A stretch of DNA of 64,000 nt from an uncultured Nitrososphaeraceae archaeon (GCA_963729045.1 CAVSMN010000012.1:224001-288000), one strand, 5' to 3'. Shown: positions 39,372 to 49,982, numbered from the stretch's first letter. Translations and numbers: made by a program. The notes: generated by a model not told the origin, from the letters alone.

Positions 39372-41495
39372 TTGACCCATGAAAAAACTGAAAAATTCAC
39401 TTTACGTGAAAGATCAATAGCCTTGAAAGAACCCAATGCAGTCATAAAAGGCGATAAAAGTAGTTCACCATTATCATCTCCAATAAATTTTGAAGAAAAA
39501 TTGGAATCTCAAGTAATGCAATCTATTCCAAAAGAGGCTCAGATAACAATAGTTAGGTGTGAATCCGCCAATATTGCCCTTTATACTAAGAATCCATCAT
39601 TCGCGTTAACAGAGTTAACTCTTCACCTGTCAGCCCTTTCAAAATCAATGAAGAAAAGATTCATAATTAGAACAGACCCATCTATAAGACTTTCAGAGGA
39701 TGATGCTCGTTATGCCATTAATAAAATATTGCCAAAGGAAATCCTGATAACTGTACTCTTTTGTGATGAAGCTACAGGCGAGGTCATTTTAGAGGTAAAC
39801 AATCCAGAGGGGATAACTTCAGAAATTTTTTTGCAAATTGCGAAGGAAACAGGCTGGATTGCACATACAAGGCGGTCTCCTCATATCCCTTCAAATAGCA
39901 TAAAAAATATACATTCCATACTGAAAAATTCCTCCAAAGAACGCATTACCTTTTATCAAAGTTTAGGGAAAAGAATTTTTAGACCTCCTTTGTTGTCCAA
40001 TTCTTTACTATATAATGGTGATACAAATGATGATATGAGGTTAACCTCTAATAATCACAACTCTAGATATTTATCAAGAAAATCGGTTGATGATGGGGCA
40101 ACATATCAATACAGTAATCTAAAAGAGGTCACAATTTACTGCTTAGGTGGTGTTAAACAAGTAGGACGATCATGTTTTATCGTTGTGACTCCAGAGAGTA
40201 AAATAATGCTTGATTGTGGTATTAATCCGGGAGAAAACATAAACTATAATGCCTATCCTAGACTAGATTGGTTTAATTTCAATTTAGAAGAATTAGATGC
40301 AGTTGTAATTAGTCATGCCCATATAGATCATCAAGGATTCTTACCGGCAATATTCAAGTATGGTTACAAGGGTCCGATTTATTGTACTGAACCCACTTTA
40401 CCTTTGATGACGCTATTGCAAATGGATTCGGTAAAGATTGCACAGAGCAATGGCTCGTATTTGCCTTATGAAATCAGAGACGTCAATGAGGTAATCAAAC
40501 ATTGTATTCCTCTTCCTTATGGAAAACCGACTGATATATCTCCAGATGTTACAATAACTTTAAATAACGCGGGACATATAATGGGTAGCGCTACAGTCCA
40601 TATAAATATTTCAGGGGCTCATAATATCCTATACACGGGTGATTATAAATACGCAAAAACGCAATTACTTGATGGAGCTTTGGCTAATTATCCACGAGTT
40701 GAGACTATTATCACTGAGAGTACCTATGGTGCAAGTTCAGATATAATGCCCGATCAATCTGTTGTTTATAATACATTTACGGACAGTATCAATCATACAT
40801 TAATGAGTGGTGGCAAGGTGCTTATACCTGTCCCTGCTGTAGGTAGGGCCCAGGAAATAATGTTAGTCCTAGATAAAGAGATGCGAGAAGGTCGATTGGT
40901 GGAATCTCCAATATTCATTGAAGGGATGATATCGGAGGCAAGTGCCATCCATATGTCTTACGCCCACTATCTGGGATATGAAGTGAGAAAATCTGTATCC
41001 GAAGGTATTAATCCATTTTTATCTTCTTACTTTACGGTCATAAATGGAATTGGCAAAAGAGAAGAAGTTTTTAACGATGATTCTCCTTCAATTATCATGG
41101 CAACTTCCGGAATGTTAGAAGGAGGACCGTCGGTTGAATATTTTAAGCAAATTTCTCCTAATCCTAAAAACAAAATAATTTTCGTGTCTTACCAAATAAA
41201 CGGCACCCTGGGACGTAGGGTGTTGGACGGTACTATATCTGAAGCTAGCATGATAGATAAGAATGGCAAGGTTAAAGTAATTCCAGTCAGATGCTCCAAA
41301 CAAAAAATTGACGGTTTTAGCGGTCACAGCGATTTTAATCAAATTCTAAACTTTGTTTCAAAAGTGAGACCCAAAAGGGTTTTGGTTAATCATGGGGAAA
41401 AATCTAAATCAGAGAATATTGCAAGTGTAATTTACTCCAGGATGAAAATAAGGTCTAGTGTCCCTGATAATAGGGAAATCATAAAGCTAAGGTAA
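39372..41495 (+). CDS. aCPSF1/FttA beta-CASP ribonuclease with KH domains
   Basis: LGGVKQVGRSC, SHAHIDH, AGHIMGS, ESTYG, GRAQE, FSGHSD, NHGE; N-terminal KH region. Confidence 0.94.
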   Translation: MTHEKTEKFTLRERSIALKEPNAVIKGDKSSSPLSSPINFEEKLESQVMQSIPKEAQITIVRCESANIALYTKNPSFALTELTLHLSALSKSMKKRFIIRTDPSIRLSEDDARYAINKILPKEILITVLFCDEATGEVILEVNNPEGITSEIFLQIAKETGWIAHTRRSPHIPSNSIKNIHSILKNSSKERITFYQSLGKRIFRPPLLSNSLLYNGDTNDDMRLTSNNHNSRYLSRKSVDDGATYQYSNLKEVTIYCLGGVKQVGRSCFIVVTPESKIMLDCGINPGENINYNAYPRLDWFNFNLEELDAVVISHAHIDHQGFLPAIFKYGYKGPIYCTEPTLPLMTLLQMDSVKIAQSNGSYLPYEIRDVNEVIKHCIPLPYGKPTDISPDVTITLNNAGHIMGSATVHINISGAHNILYTGDYKYAKTQLLDGALANYPRVETIITESTYGASSDIMPDQSVVYNTFTDSINHTLMSGGKVLIPVPAVGRAQEIMLVLDKEMREGRLVESPIFIEGMISEASAIHMSYAHYLGYEVRKSVSEGINPFLSSYFTVINGIGKREEVFNDDSPSIIMATSGMLEGGPSVEYFKQISPNPKNKIIFVSYQINGTLGRRVLDGTISEASMIDKNGKVKVIPVRCSKQKIDGFSGHSDFNQILNFVSKVRPKRVLVNHGEKSKSENIASVIYSRMKIRSSVPDNREIIKLR

Positions 41496-41544
41496 ATTGC
41501 GATAGGTTTTTTCGTATGTATGATGTTCATAATGTTGAACTGAT

Positions 41545-41682
41545 TTGGCCATAAGATATAGATGTATTAATTGTAATATTGTGTTGAGCGGAGAGGGTGC
41601 CTCGCGACATTATTTAGCAAATCCTAATCATAAATTAGAAAAATTACCACCACCACCTAAACCGGGCAAGCCGACTACTTAA
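41545..41682 (+). CDS. 45-aa C2H2-like zinc-finger microprotein (not in ORF track)
   Basis: TTG..TAA translates MAIRYRCINCNIVLSGEGASRHYLANPNHKLEKLPPPPKPGKPTT. Confidence 0.65.
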   Translation: MAIRYRCINCNIVLSGEGASRHYLANPNHKLEKLPPPPKPGKPTT

Positions 41683-41698
41683 AAATCTGTAAGAGTAA

Positions 41699-41989
41699 TT
41701 ATTCTCTTATACTTTCTAACGCTGATACAACTTGCCATAGGCTCGTCCTGATATGTGATTGCATTTGAGGATTTTGGGTGACACCGTCTAACATACTAAT
41801 AGCATTAGCAGCTCGCACTGATATACTTCCTCCTTTCTCATCCTTAAGAATGGCCAAGACCTCCCTTATCATATTCCTAATATTTCTTTGAATGTTTACG
41901 TTTTTTATTAGAGAATCTAATGTTGATATCGCATTATTTAGTCTCTCAATATTTTCTTTTTGTTTTAATTCTTTCTTTGTAACTGTCAA
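41699..41989 (-). CDS. UPF0147 family protein
   Basis: RNIR, SVRAANAISMLD, NPQM..HIRT.LWQVVS.LE. Confidence 0.9.
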   Translation of the reverse strand: MTVTKKELKQKENIERLNNAISTLDSLIKNVNIQRNIRNMIREVLAILKDEKGGSISVRAANAISMLDGVTQNPQMQSHIRTSLWQVVSALESIRE

Positions 41990-42121
41990 TTTGAATCACA
42001 CAAGTTAAATTTTACCTATTTCATATTAATAGCTTTATTTATATGATCACCTAATATCATGAGGTGAAAAATTTTAATATGAATCTCATCAATAGTCCAT
42101 GTTTGAAAATGGGACTAATCG

Positions 42122-42346
42122 ATGAATAGGTCACTTATGATTATAATATTTTGGATTTTAGGGTTTATCGGAGGAATTTCCATTTATTCAATTTTACCAT
42201 CAATATTAAATTTTTTTAATTCTTTCATACCTAATCTATTTTCCAAATATTTCTTAGAAGCCTTAATCGCAGGAATAATAGGGTCAGGGTTAAGCACCAT
42301 CGCGGTACTCTATTGGGCTAACAAATCCTCTAAAGAAGAATTTTGA
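42122..42346 (+). CDS. Small two-TM membrane protein
   Basis: 74 aa with two hydrophobic segments. Confidence 0.65.
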   Translation: MNRSLMIIIFWILGFIGGISIYSILPSILNFFNSFIPNLFSKYFLEALIAGIIGSGLSTIAVLYWANKSSKEEF

Positions 42347-42394
42347 CAAAATGATCTTCATTATATAGCCGCAAATAAGTTATTACCTGTATAC

Positions 42395-43177
42395 ATGGTC
42401 ATTGATGTTCTAGTTGCTTTTATGGTTTCTCTAGCTGCAGGTCTAATTGGTTCAATGGTCGGCATAGGCGGTGGCATAATAAATGCCCCTTATCTTAGTT
42501 ATCTTAATTATAACCCATCACAAATTTCTTCAACCAGTCTTATTGCAGTTTTTTTTACGAGTATATCTTCTTCATATCAATATATTAGGAAAGGGTTGAC
42601 CGAAAAAAAGATCGGAATGATCTTGGCCATATCATCTATTCCTGGAACATTCATTGGTGTTTACATTTCAAATTCCTTTACTTTGAATGAGTTTCGATAC
42701 TATTTCGCGCTTATTTTAATGGCTACCTCTCTCTATTTGTTATTTCGATCAAAAATTTTAGGCCAAGAAAAAAAAATACCGAATTTTTTACAAAAGGAAA
42801 ACAATTGGAAATACTCTAGATTATTGATCTTAGTTATTTTTTCTTTCGTGGCGGGTACTTTGTCTAGTAGTTTTGGTATTGGAGGTGGTATCATTTTTGT
42901 TCCCTGTCTGATTATTCTTTTAGGCTTTACTATGAAAAAGGCTTCTGCTACGTCGCAATTCGCCCTCATATTTACATCTCTTTCAGGCTTGACATTGTTT
43001 ATCATTGACGGAAAACCGAACTTCTATATGGGATTCATTCTATCTATTGGGTCAATCATTGGTGGTACCTTAGGCAGCATGCTAACCGGTAGAATGAAAT
43101 CCGATTTATTACTAAAAATATTTAGTATCTTATTGCTGGTTGTGTCTTTTAAATTGATTTATGACGGTTCAGGTTAA
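42395..43177 (+). CDS. TauE/SafE-family sulfite exporter
   Basis: Duplicated GIGGG..P motif, multiple TM helices. Confidence 0.9.
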   Translation: MVIDVLVAFMVSLAAGLIGSMVGIGGGIINAPYLSYLNYNPSQISSTSLIAVFFTSISSSYQYIRKGLTEKKIGMILAISSIPGTFIGVYISNSFTLNEFRYYFALILMATSLYLLFRSKILGQEKKIPNFLQKENNWKYSRLLILVIFSFVAGTLSSSFGIGGGIIFVPCLIILLGFTMKKASATSQFALIFTSLSGLTLFIIDGKPNFYMGFILSIGSIIGGTLGSMLTGRMKSDLLLKIFSILLLVVSFKLIYDGSG

Positions 43178-43376
43178 TCTGACTGAAAGTTTCAACCTGA
43201 AGTTAATAAAATCTCGTGAATAAAATGTAGAAGTGGTTTAAATGTCAAGCTGGTCCCTGCAATAATCGTGCATAGATCTTGCTTTTCTTGATTAAAGGGA
43301 GGTCATGCATTCACTAAGGACATGTGATTTCTTACCAATTAATCAACTATTTAATAAATACTAATTTTAATACTAA

Positions 43377-44003
43377 ATGTTTGTTGAATTGATAAATTTA
43401 GCTATAATAATATCTGGTCGTGGAAGTAATATGAAAGCTATTCTTGAATCAATTAAGAATGGGGAGGTTGAAGGAATTGATAATATATTAGTTATTTCAA
43501 ATAAACAGGATGCATTGGGTTTAGAAATTGCCAAAAAAGAATATGGAGTTAAGACAACTACTGTATTATCAAACAAAAATGATGAGTCATTTGAAAGCCG
43601 ATTATATAGTGAGTTAAAAAAAAATAATATTGGTCCTCATAACGGACTAATTTGTCTTGCTGGATTCATGAAGATTTTGAGTCCGTCCTTTGTGGAATTG
43701 TACAAGCAAAGGATAATGAATGTGCATCCATCTTTGCTTCCATCATTTAAAGGTCTACATGCACAAAAACAAGCATTATTGGCTGGAGTAAAGATTACGG
43801 GTTGCACTGTTCATTTTGTAGACAATAGTGTGGATAGTGGACCGATAATCTTACAATATCCTGTTCCAGTATTTGACAACGATGATGAATTGTCACTATC
43901 AGAACGAATACTTGTCAAAGAGCACGAAATATATGTCAGGGCCATAAAGTTGCTTACCCAAAAACAAATTTCAGTTGTTGAGAACCGCGTTATTCAAATT
44001 TAA
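43377..44003 (+). CDS. purN: Phosphoribosylglycinamide formyltransferase
   Basis: ISGRGSNM, LAGFMKIL, NVHPSLLP, GCTVHFV..VDSGPII. Confidence 0.97.
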   Translation: MFVELINLAIIISGRGSNMKAILESIKNGEVEGIDNILVISNKQDALGLEIAKKEYGVKTTTVLSNKNDESFESRLYSELKKNNIGPHNGLICLAGFMKILSPSFVELYKQRIMNVHPSLLPSFKGLHAQKQALLAGVKITGCTVHFVDNSVDSGPIILQYPVPVFDNDDELSLSERILVKEHEIYVRAIKLLTQKQISVVENRVIQI

Positions 44004-44010
44004 AGGTAAT

Positions 44011-45120
44011 CTAACCCCTTATTTTTTTGTCCATATCCAGCATGAATTTTGAAATCTCTTCTTTATTCAAGTTCAAGTATTCCTGACCCCTTTCTCTCAA
44101 TCTGCTGTTAAACAGCCGTAACTCCCTATGTTCTTCAAAAAAGTTTTCTAGAATAAACGTTCCATGTAGGATTGGGTTTAATAATTTGTCAATAGCTTGT
44201 ACAAGTGAATTCAAGTCACCTCTATCTGAAAATTCTGAAGATTCATACAGTATTGCACTAATATCTTTCAATTGTTGGGTAGAAAAGAAAACCTCTTTTT
44301 TTCCTTCAAGGGGTTTTGATTGTGTATTTCGTTTTTCAAAACCTATCTTTGATATCAATTCTTTGGTAAGTTCATATTGTTCATCTTTCCCAGTAAATGT
44401 TTTTTTGACGTTTTTAATTAATAGGCCCTTATTGGCTAATCTGGTTGTTGCATCCTGAATTTCCTCCCTATCTAATCCGGTAACCCATATTATCTTCCCC
44501 AAATAATCATTCCCCTGTCTAACAGATTCTAGAATTACAACCTCGATAATTCTTTTATAATCTTCCTCCATTCTGGCATTAATGAAATCTCTGTCTTTCA
44601 CTGCTTTTTTTGCGTTCGCAATATCAAGCTCAATGGACTTCTTTAAAGCTTCCATGCCCTTAGTTGCCCTTCCATCCAATGTCATATAACAGGCATAATT
44701 ATACCATGCCATGGAGTCGTTAGGATTAAAGTCTATAGCCTTTTCGCAGCACTCTATAGCCTTTTCGTAATTTTTTGATTCGTAAAATACTAACCCCTTC
44801 ATGTTCCAAACTTCAGGATTGTTGATATCTATCTCTAATACCTGATCAAAGATGGTGATAGCGAGATTATATTGTTTCAAATGAAAATGTGAATAGCCCT
44901 TCTTTATCAAGGCGTCCATGAAAAACGGATCAATCCTAATGGAAAGATCAAAACATCTAATAGCATCTTCAAATTTTTCCTCTGCCATCTTGTTTACTCC
45001 TTTGTTATATAGATTGACTTTTTTAATGTCATCTTGAGTTATTTTGTAACCGCTAGGAGTACGGGAAGAATTATCATCTTTCTTATCTGATAAAAGTTTC
45101 CTCCCAAAAATCTTTTCCAT
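44011..45120 (-). CDS. TPR-repeat protein with probable winged-helix domain
   Basis: About four TPRs (YNKG..AIRCFD, WNMKG, WYNYAC) followed by an HTH-like segment. Confidence 0.85.
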   Translation of the reverse strand: MEKIFGRKLLSDKKDDNSSRTPSGYKITQDDIKKVNLYNKGVNKMAEEKFEDAIRCFDLSIRIDPFFMDALIKKGYSHFHLKQYNLAITIFDQVLEIDINNPEVWNMKGLVFYESKNYEKAIECCEKAIDFNPNDSMAWYNYACYMTLDGRATKGMEALKKSIELDIANAKKAVKDRDFINARMEEDYKRIIEVVILESVRQGNDYLGKIIWVTGLDREEIQDATTRLANKGLLIKNVKKTFTGKDEQYELTKELISKIGFEKRNTQSKPLEGKKEVFFSTQQLKDISAILYESSEFSDRGDLNSLVQAIDKLLNPILHGTFILENFFEEHRELRLFNSRLRERGQEYLNLNKEEISKFMLDMDKKIRG

Positions 45121-45199
45121 TATAATTAATAATACTTATCAAGAATAAATATATTTATTTTTTTAAAAAAAGATGCTAACATCCTAAAAGTTGCTCAAA

Positions 45200-45829
45200 C
45201 TAGAATGTCGGAATGCTAGTATTGGTGACCTTTGCTATAATTCCACTGAATGCAAAGTTAACCAGCAAAAACCAGCCCCAGAGAAATACCTGACCAGGGA
45301 CTTTGCATGGCCCTTGTTTCAAATCAGGTACTAGGTACTATTTGTAGTTTGAACAGGGTGTATCAATTTTTACATTTTCAGCAGAACAAGTCAAATATGG
45401 TATTACGATGGGCGATAGAGCAACAGTTTGACCAAATATCGCGGGAAAAACAAATATCCATAGCATGAAGGATGGTATCATATATAACATCATGGGTCTC
45501 ATTTGTTGCTGCTGCATTTCCATGCTCATTTTTTGCATTTGAGATTGTTTCTTTTTTAGTTCTTCAATTAGTTGTTTATCTTTTTTCTTAATGGCTTCGG
45601 TGTATTTTTTTCTCCATTCTCCTGTTTCCTTCATGACTGTTTTCATTTTTTCTATATTGGTTGTCTTTCTTCTCAAAAGAGCCATTGCTAAATTTAAACC
45701 AATAGCAATTATCGCAGCTACGATGGCAGATGTGAACATATCGGGAAAAATTGGATGTTGAGTATAATGTGGTGTTAATCCAGGAAATTGTAAAACCAAC
45801 TTTTCAGACCAATCGAAAAGATCTATCAA
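45200..45829 (-). CDS. DUF106/EMC3/TMCO1 (Oxa1 superfamily) membrane protein, interrupted by TAG at 45338
   Basis: TM, coiled coil, QMRPMMLYMIP; C-terminal VFLWGWFLLVNFAFSGII lies in the same frame beyond the stop. Confidence 0.85.
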
Positions 45830-45882
45830 TCCAAAAGAAAATGATTTTCTGGGAGTTATTAATCTTTTTACTTGATATCAGA

Positions 45883-47888
45883 TTACATTCTCATCAAAGG
45901 AGTTATTCCTATGATGTTCATGCATATCTTTAGAATTTTCAGGGTACTATTTAATATCAATGCCCTATAAGTTGCCAGCACTTCATTTTTCTCCTTCAAG
46001 ATTGGTGATCTTTCATAAAAATTATTAAACATTGTAGCAAGTTCAAAGAGATATTTTGAAAGCACCTTTGGATCTATGTTATTAGCAGCGTGCATTAGTT
46101 CAATATCATATCTACATAAGTGTTTAATCAATTCGATTTCGGTAGAAGAAAAATCCAAAATCTCAATATTATTCTCAATATTATTCTTCTTTTCTGAGAA
46201 ACTTTCCTCAATATTTTTATCCTCAACTCGCTTACCCCTCGCATAAGCATATTGGATATAGGAAGCAGTATCTCCTTCAAGGCTCAAGGACTCGTTGATA
46301 TCAAAAGTTATCATTTTTCCGAGATCAAACTTGATGAAAAAATATCTGATTGCTGAGATTGAAATCTCTTTGGATATAAATGCAATTTCTTCTTCTGAGA
46401 GTTCTGGATTCCTCTTTCTAGTTTCTACTTTTGATCTTTCTTCAAGAATGCTCAAGGCTCTATCTGCCTCAATATATATACCTTTCCTTCCAGACATATG
46501 TAATGAATTCTTATACTTTTCAGAAATGCCCAAGCTATCTAGAGAACTTTGGCTTAAAGTGACGGGTTCATAACCTAAATATCTATACTTTGAATCCATC
46601 CCTAATTTTCCTAATATCTCTGATAAAAGATTTTGAAGCCTCTCTTGCCTTGAATCGATAATTGTTATGACCTTGCTTATTCTATTAAAGTCAATCGTTA
46701 ATCCGTTATCATGATCCGAATAGGACTCGTAAGTTTCATTTGGAATTTTCTTAATATTTGTTCTGCATAGAATAGAAGAGTCCCATTGATTTGAGTAAAA
46801 GACGTAATCAAATGGATTTCTCAAATAGCCCAATTTCCAAACTGCAAATGGAATATCTTTAGCGAAATATGTTAAAGTATATCACTTCGCACTAATACCT
46901 TATCTCCTTCTGTTTCTGACTTGTACACCCAACAACCTGCATTTTTTCCAAATTTTTCATGATATATTATTTCTTTATCTCTCAAAATTGAAAAAATATC
47001 AGTCCAAAGGTCTGATTGGATTATTTGCGACTCAAAACATAATAAATCATAACGACATCTCAAATTCCAACAAGTTTTAAGTTGATCCCTTAAAACTCTA
47101 TCAACTATGGTCTGGGTGAAGACCGAAGTCTCCGATTCAGGATTCTCCAATTCCTTTAGAACCGACTTTCTTTTAATTTCTAGATCAGGCCTACTCTTGT
47201 ATAGCTCATTTGTTTTGACGTAAATTTCGTTTCCACAATAATGATCAAATTTTGCTTTTTCATTCGATAATCTTTGATCATCCATTCTAGTAGAGAATCC
47301 TGCATGTTTGAATCCTACAATTATATCAGCCACTTGAACCCCCGAATCGTCAATGTAATTTAAGACCCTGACATCTTTTCCTGCTGTACGAAGAATTCTA
47401 TACAAGCAGTCCCCGATAATGGCGTTTCTAAGGTGTCCTACGTGTAAAGCCTTATTAGGATTCACACTAGTATGTTCTATTAGTATCAATTCTTTCGAAT
47501 TTGATAAGTTCTTGTTTTCATGTTCCAATTTTGGATTATATACTACCTCTTTAAAGAATTCCATTAGAAACACCTTATTATTAATTCTAAAATTGATGAA
47601 ACCGGGATTTACGAATGAAACAGACTCGATCAAACCATTTTTATTCGTCAAGATGTTACTTGCGGGTAAAATAGTATTTACAATATGATTAGCTATCTCA
47701 TGTGGCGACTTTTTTAATTTCTTGGCTAACAAGAAACAAATGTTTGTAGAAAAGTCTCCAAAATCCTTCACATGTGGTTTAGATATTTCAAAATTGACCT
47801 CAGACTTTGTCAAGTTGTAAAACGTTAATACTCCATCAAGAGATTGGCCAATTTCATTGATAACATTTTCTAGTATCATGCAAATCAC
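45883..47888 (-). CDS. argS: Arginine-tRNA ligase (frameshift at ~46880)
   Basis: FGDFSTN, EHTSVNPNKALHVGHLRN (HIGH-like), VLVRSD/TLTYFAKDI, MSGRKG, YIQYAYAR. Confidence 0.95.
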
Positions 47889-48583
47889 TAAAATACTTTT
47901 CCTCTCATTATCTGATCAATCGCATTTATCAACCCTTCTCCATTCGTGCCTCCAACAATATGAGTTGCACTTTTTCGAACATTCTCACCAGAACTTTCAA
48001 ATGTAAAGCTAAATTTTGATTGCTTAAACATAGGGATATCAGTTTCACTATCACCTATTGCAACCACCTCGTCGAAATCAATATTGAGATCCTTCAATAG
48101 GAATGCTAGCCCAAATCCTTTATTGATTTTGACTTCATTGATATGGAATGCATAATTACTATCTACTATTTTCAAATCCAGTTCATTTTCTCTCAAGATT
48201 TTGTTACCCTCATTTAACTCAAATGTTCTTTCAAGAACTATTTCAGTCATTCTGGGAAAAACAGGTTTCTGGCTAACTCCTTTAATGCTCCTAACCAATA
48301 GATCGAACCCCTTCAAGCAATTATCTTTATTCGCTAATAATTTGTGTTCTACAGGGGAAGTAGTGATAACCCCACCGTTTTCCCCTATGGCAATTTGAGT
48401 CGTTCCACCATATACCGACAAAATGTAAGCTTCTAGGGATGATCTCCCAGTTACAAAAATGACTTTATAGCCTAATTTGGCTAGGTATCGAAGTTTAGCT
48501 AATGCATCAAGGTTTAGAGCTCCATTGCCGTTTAATGTTAGTGTTCCATCGATATCGATGGCAAAGAATTTTATGGACCTCAA
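47888..48583 (-). CDS. Phosphoglycolate phosphatase, TA0175-type HAD
   Basis: DIDGTLT, VTGR, ENGG, NKG, AIGDSETD. Confidence 0.88.
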   Translation of the reverse strand: MRSIKFFAIDIDGTLTLNGNGALNLDALAKLRYLAKLGYKVIFVTGRSSLEAYILSVYGGTTQIAIGENGGVITTSPVEHKLLANKDNCLKGFDLLVRSIKGVSQKPVFPRMTEIVLERTFELNEGNKILRENELDLKIVDSNYAFHINEVKINKGFGLAFLLKDLNIDFDEVVAIGDSETDIPMFKQSKFSFTFESSGENVRKSATHIVGGTNGEGLINAIDQIMRGKVF

Positions 48584-48670
48584 ATGAATTCAAGCTAATA
48601 ACGAAGTTACATAAAAATCTAAATTTAGTAATACATATATTGAATATACCATGACAGTTAGTAGAATAGT

Positions 48671-49045
48671 TTGAGCTTGGAAGTCGTTTTGTTAGAAGAT
48701 AATAACAATATATTATTAAAAAGACGTGAGATTAAATCAGTAATAAAGAATGCTATTGGGTCTATCCCGAGGGAGGAAGCCGCAAGTTTAATAGCTGGAA
48801 AGATGGGCATAAATAAGAAAAATCTTTTGCCAATTTCTTTAAAAAGTGAATTTGGTAACCCTGATGTAATGACTTTGATGTATTATTACGATGATATAGA
48901 AGAAGCAAAAAAGCAGTTACCTCGATATCGAATCCTCAGAACGATGACAAAAGATGAAAGGAAAAAAATAATAGATGAGGAAAAGTCAATTAAACTAAAA
49001 GCAAAACAGGCAGCAGCAGCAGCAGCAAAATCTAAAAAGAAGTAA
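48671..49045 (+). CDS. rps24e: 30S ribosomal protein eS24
   Basis: N.LLKRREI, P.REE, EFG, YYYDD; precedes eS31. Confidence 0.9.
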   Translation: MSLEVVLLEDNNNILLKRREIKSVIKNAIGSIPREEAASLIAGKMGINKKNLLPISLKSEFGNPDVMTLMYYYDDIEEAKKQLPRYRILRTMTKDERKKIIDEEKSIKLKAKQAAAAAAKSKKK

Positions 49046-49077
49046 TTTGTTAACACGATAGAGAGGGGAGATTTGCA

Positions 49078-49275
49078 ATGAGTAAAGAGAAAAAAGGAGA
49101 AGTAAGTGTTTCAAAATTTTATAAAATTAATGACGATAAAGTTGAGCGAACAAAAAGGGAGTGTCCAAGATGCGGTAAAGGTGTTTTCATGGCTGTACAT
49201 AAAGATAGACTAACATGTGGGAAATGTAGCTATACGGAATTCCAAAAGGAACAAACTAAAAAATCAAAACAATAA
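49078..49275 (+). CDS. rps27ae: 30S ribosomal protein eS31 (S27ae)
   Basis: CPRCGKGVFMA.HKDR..CGKCSYT. Confidence 0.96.
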   Translation: MSKEKKGEVSVSKFYKINDDKVERTKRECPRCGKGVFMAVHKDRLTCGKCSYTEFQKEQTKKSKQ

Positions 49276-49282
49276 GCGTTAT

Positions 49283-49969
49283 TCAACCAAATTTTAGGAT
49301 TTCATTTTTTAAGGAATCTTCTACCATGGTGTTGGCCAAAGCAGAAAATGGCAGCTTTATAAAATTGTCTCCAATCATGATTTTTTGTATAGGTAGTTTT
49401 TTCTTAATCCAATACGATTCAGTTTTTTTGTCCAATTTTGAATCATTGAACCCATTTGCAAATCTTTTATTAAGCAATTTCTGAAGATGACGATCTCCTT
49501 TAAACACTTTAGCCGAATCAAGAGTCTTTTCATTGTCAGAAAATGAATTTTCATATAGTGTATTGGAAATATTATCTGATGTTACCTCTAAATTTATTAT
49601 ATTTTTCAATATATTCAAATAGTGTAGAAATTCATGGGCAAGAACAGCGTGAAGAGTTCCTTTCAAACCGTACATTACCAGTGGAGCGGAAAGTTGGATA
49701 ACTATTTTTATTCTATTTTCAGTAGTACAAAATGGAATTGTCCTGGCATATAATAAGGAATATTGCTGGTATTCAATTTCCGAAGTTGCCACCAGTAGAT
49801 TAGGTTCTATAAAATAGTAGGGATATTCTATTGAGGTTATCCGCTCGATTCTATTTATTCCCTCTTCAATTAATCTCATCTTGTCAATGATGAGATGATA
49901 GGTCCTCTCCTCGACCTTCTTTTCTACTAAATATTTTTTGACTAATACTAAGGGATCAAAATCATTCAT
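49283..49969 (-). CDS. Hypothetical protein with HExxH zincin motif
   Basis: AVLAHEFLHY. Confidence 0.7.
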   Translation of the reverse strand: MNDFDPLVLVKKYLVEKKVEERTYHLIIDKMRLIEEGINRIERITSIEYPYYFIEPNLLVATSEIEYQQYSLLYARTIPFCTTENRIKIVIQLSAPLVMYGLKGTLHAVLAHEFLHYLNILKNIINLEVTSDNISNTLYENSFSDNEKTLDSAKVFKGDRHLQKLLNKRFANGFNDSKLDKKTESYWIKKKLPIQKIMIGDNFIKLPFSALANTMVEDSLKNEILKFG

Positions 49970-49982
49970 CTTATTTCATTTA

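Noticed and set aside
41517..41590. Box C/D sRNA suggested by ATGATG...CTGA
   Set aside because: No convincing C' and terminal D boxes; the region is better explained by the zinc-finger ORF
49007..49027. (GCA)n trinucleotide run
   Set aside because: Encodes the short poly-Ala tail of eS24; an ordinary low-complexity C-terminus
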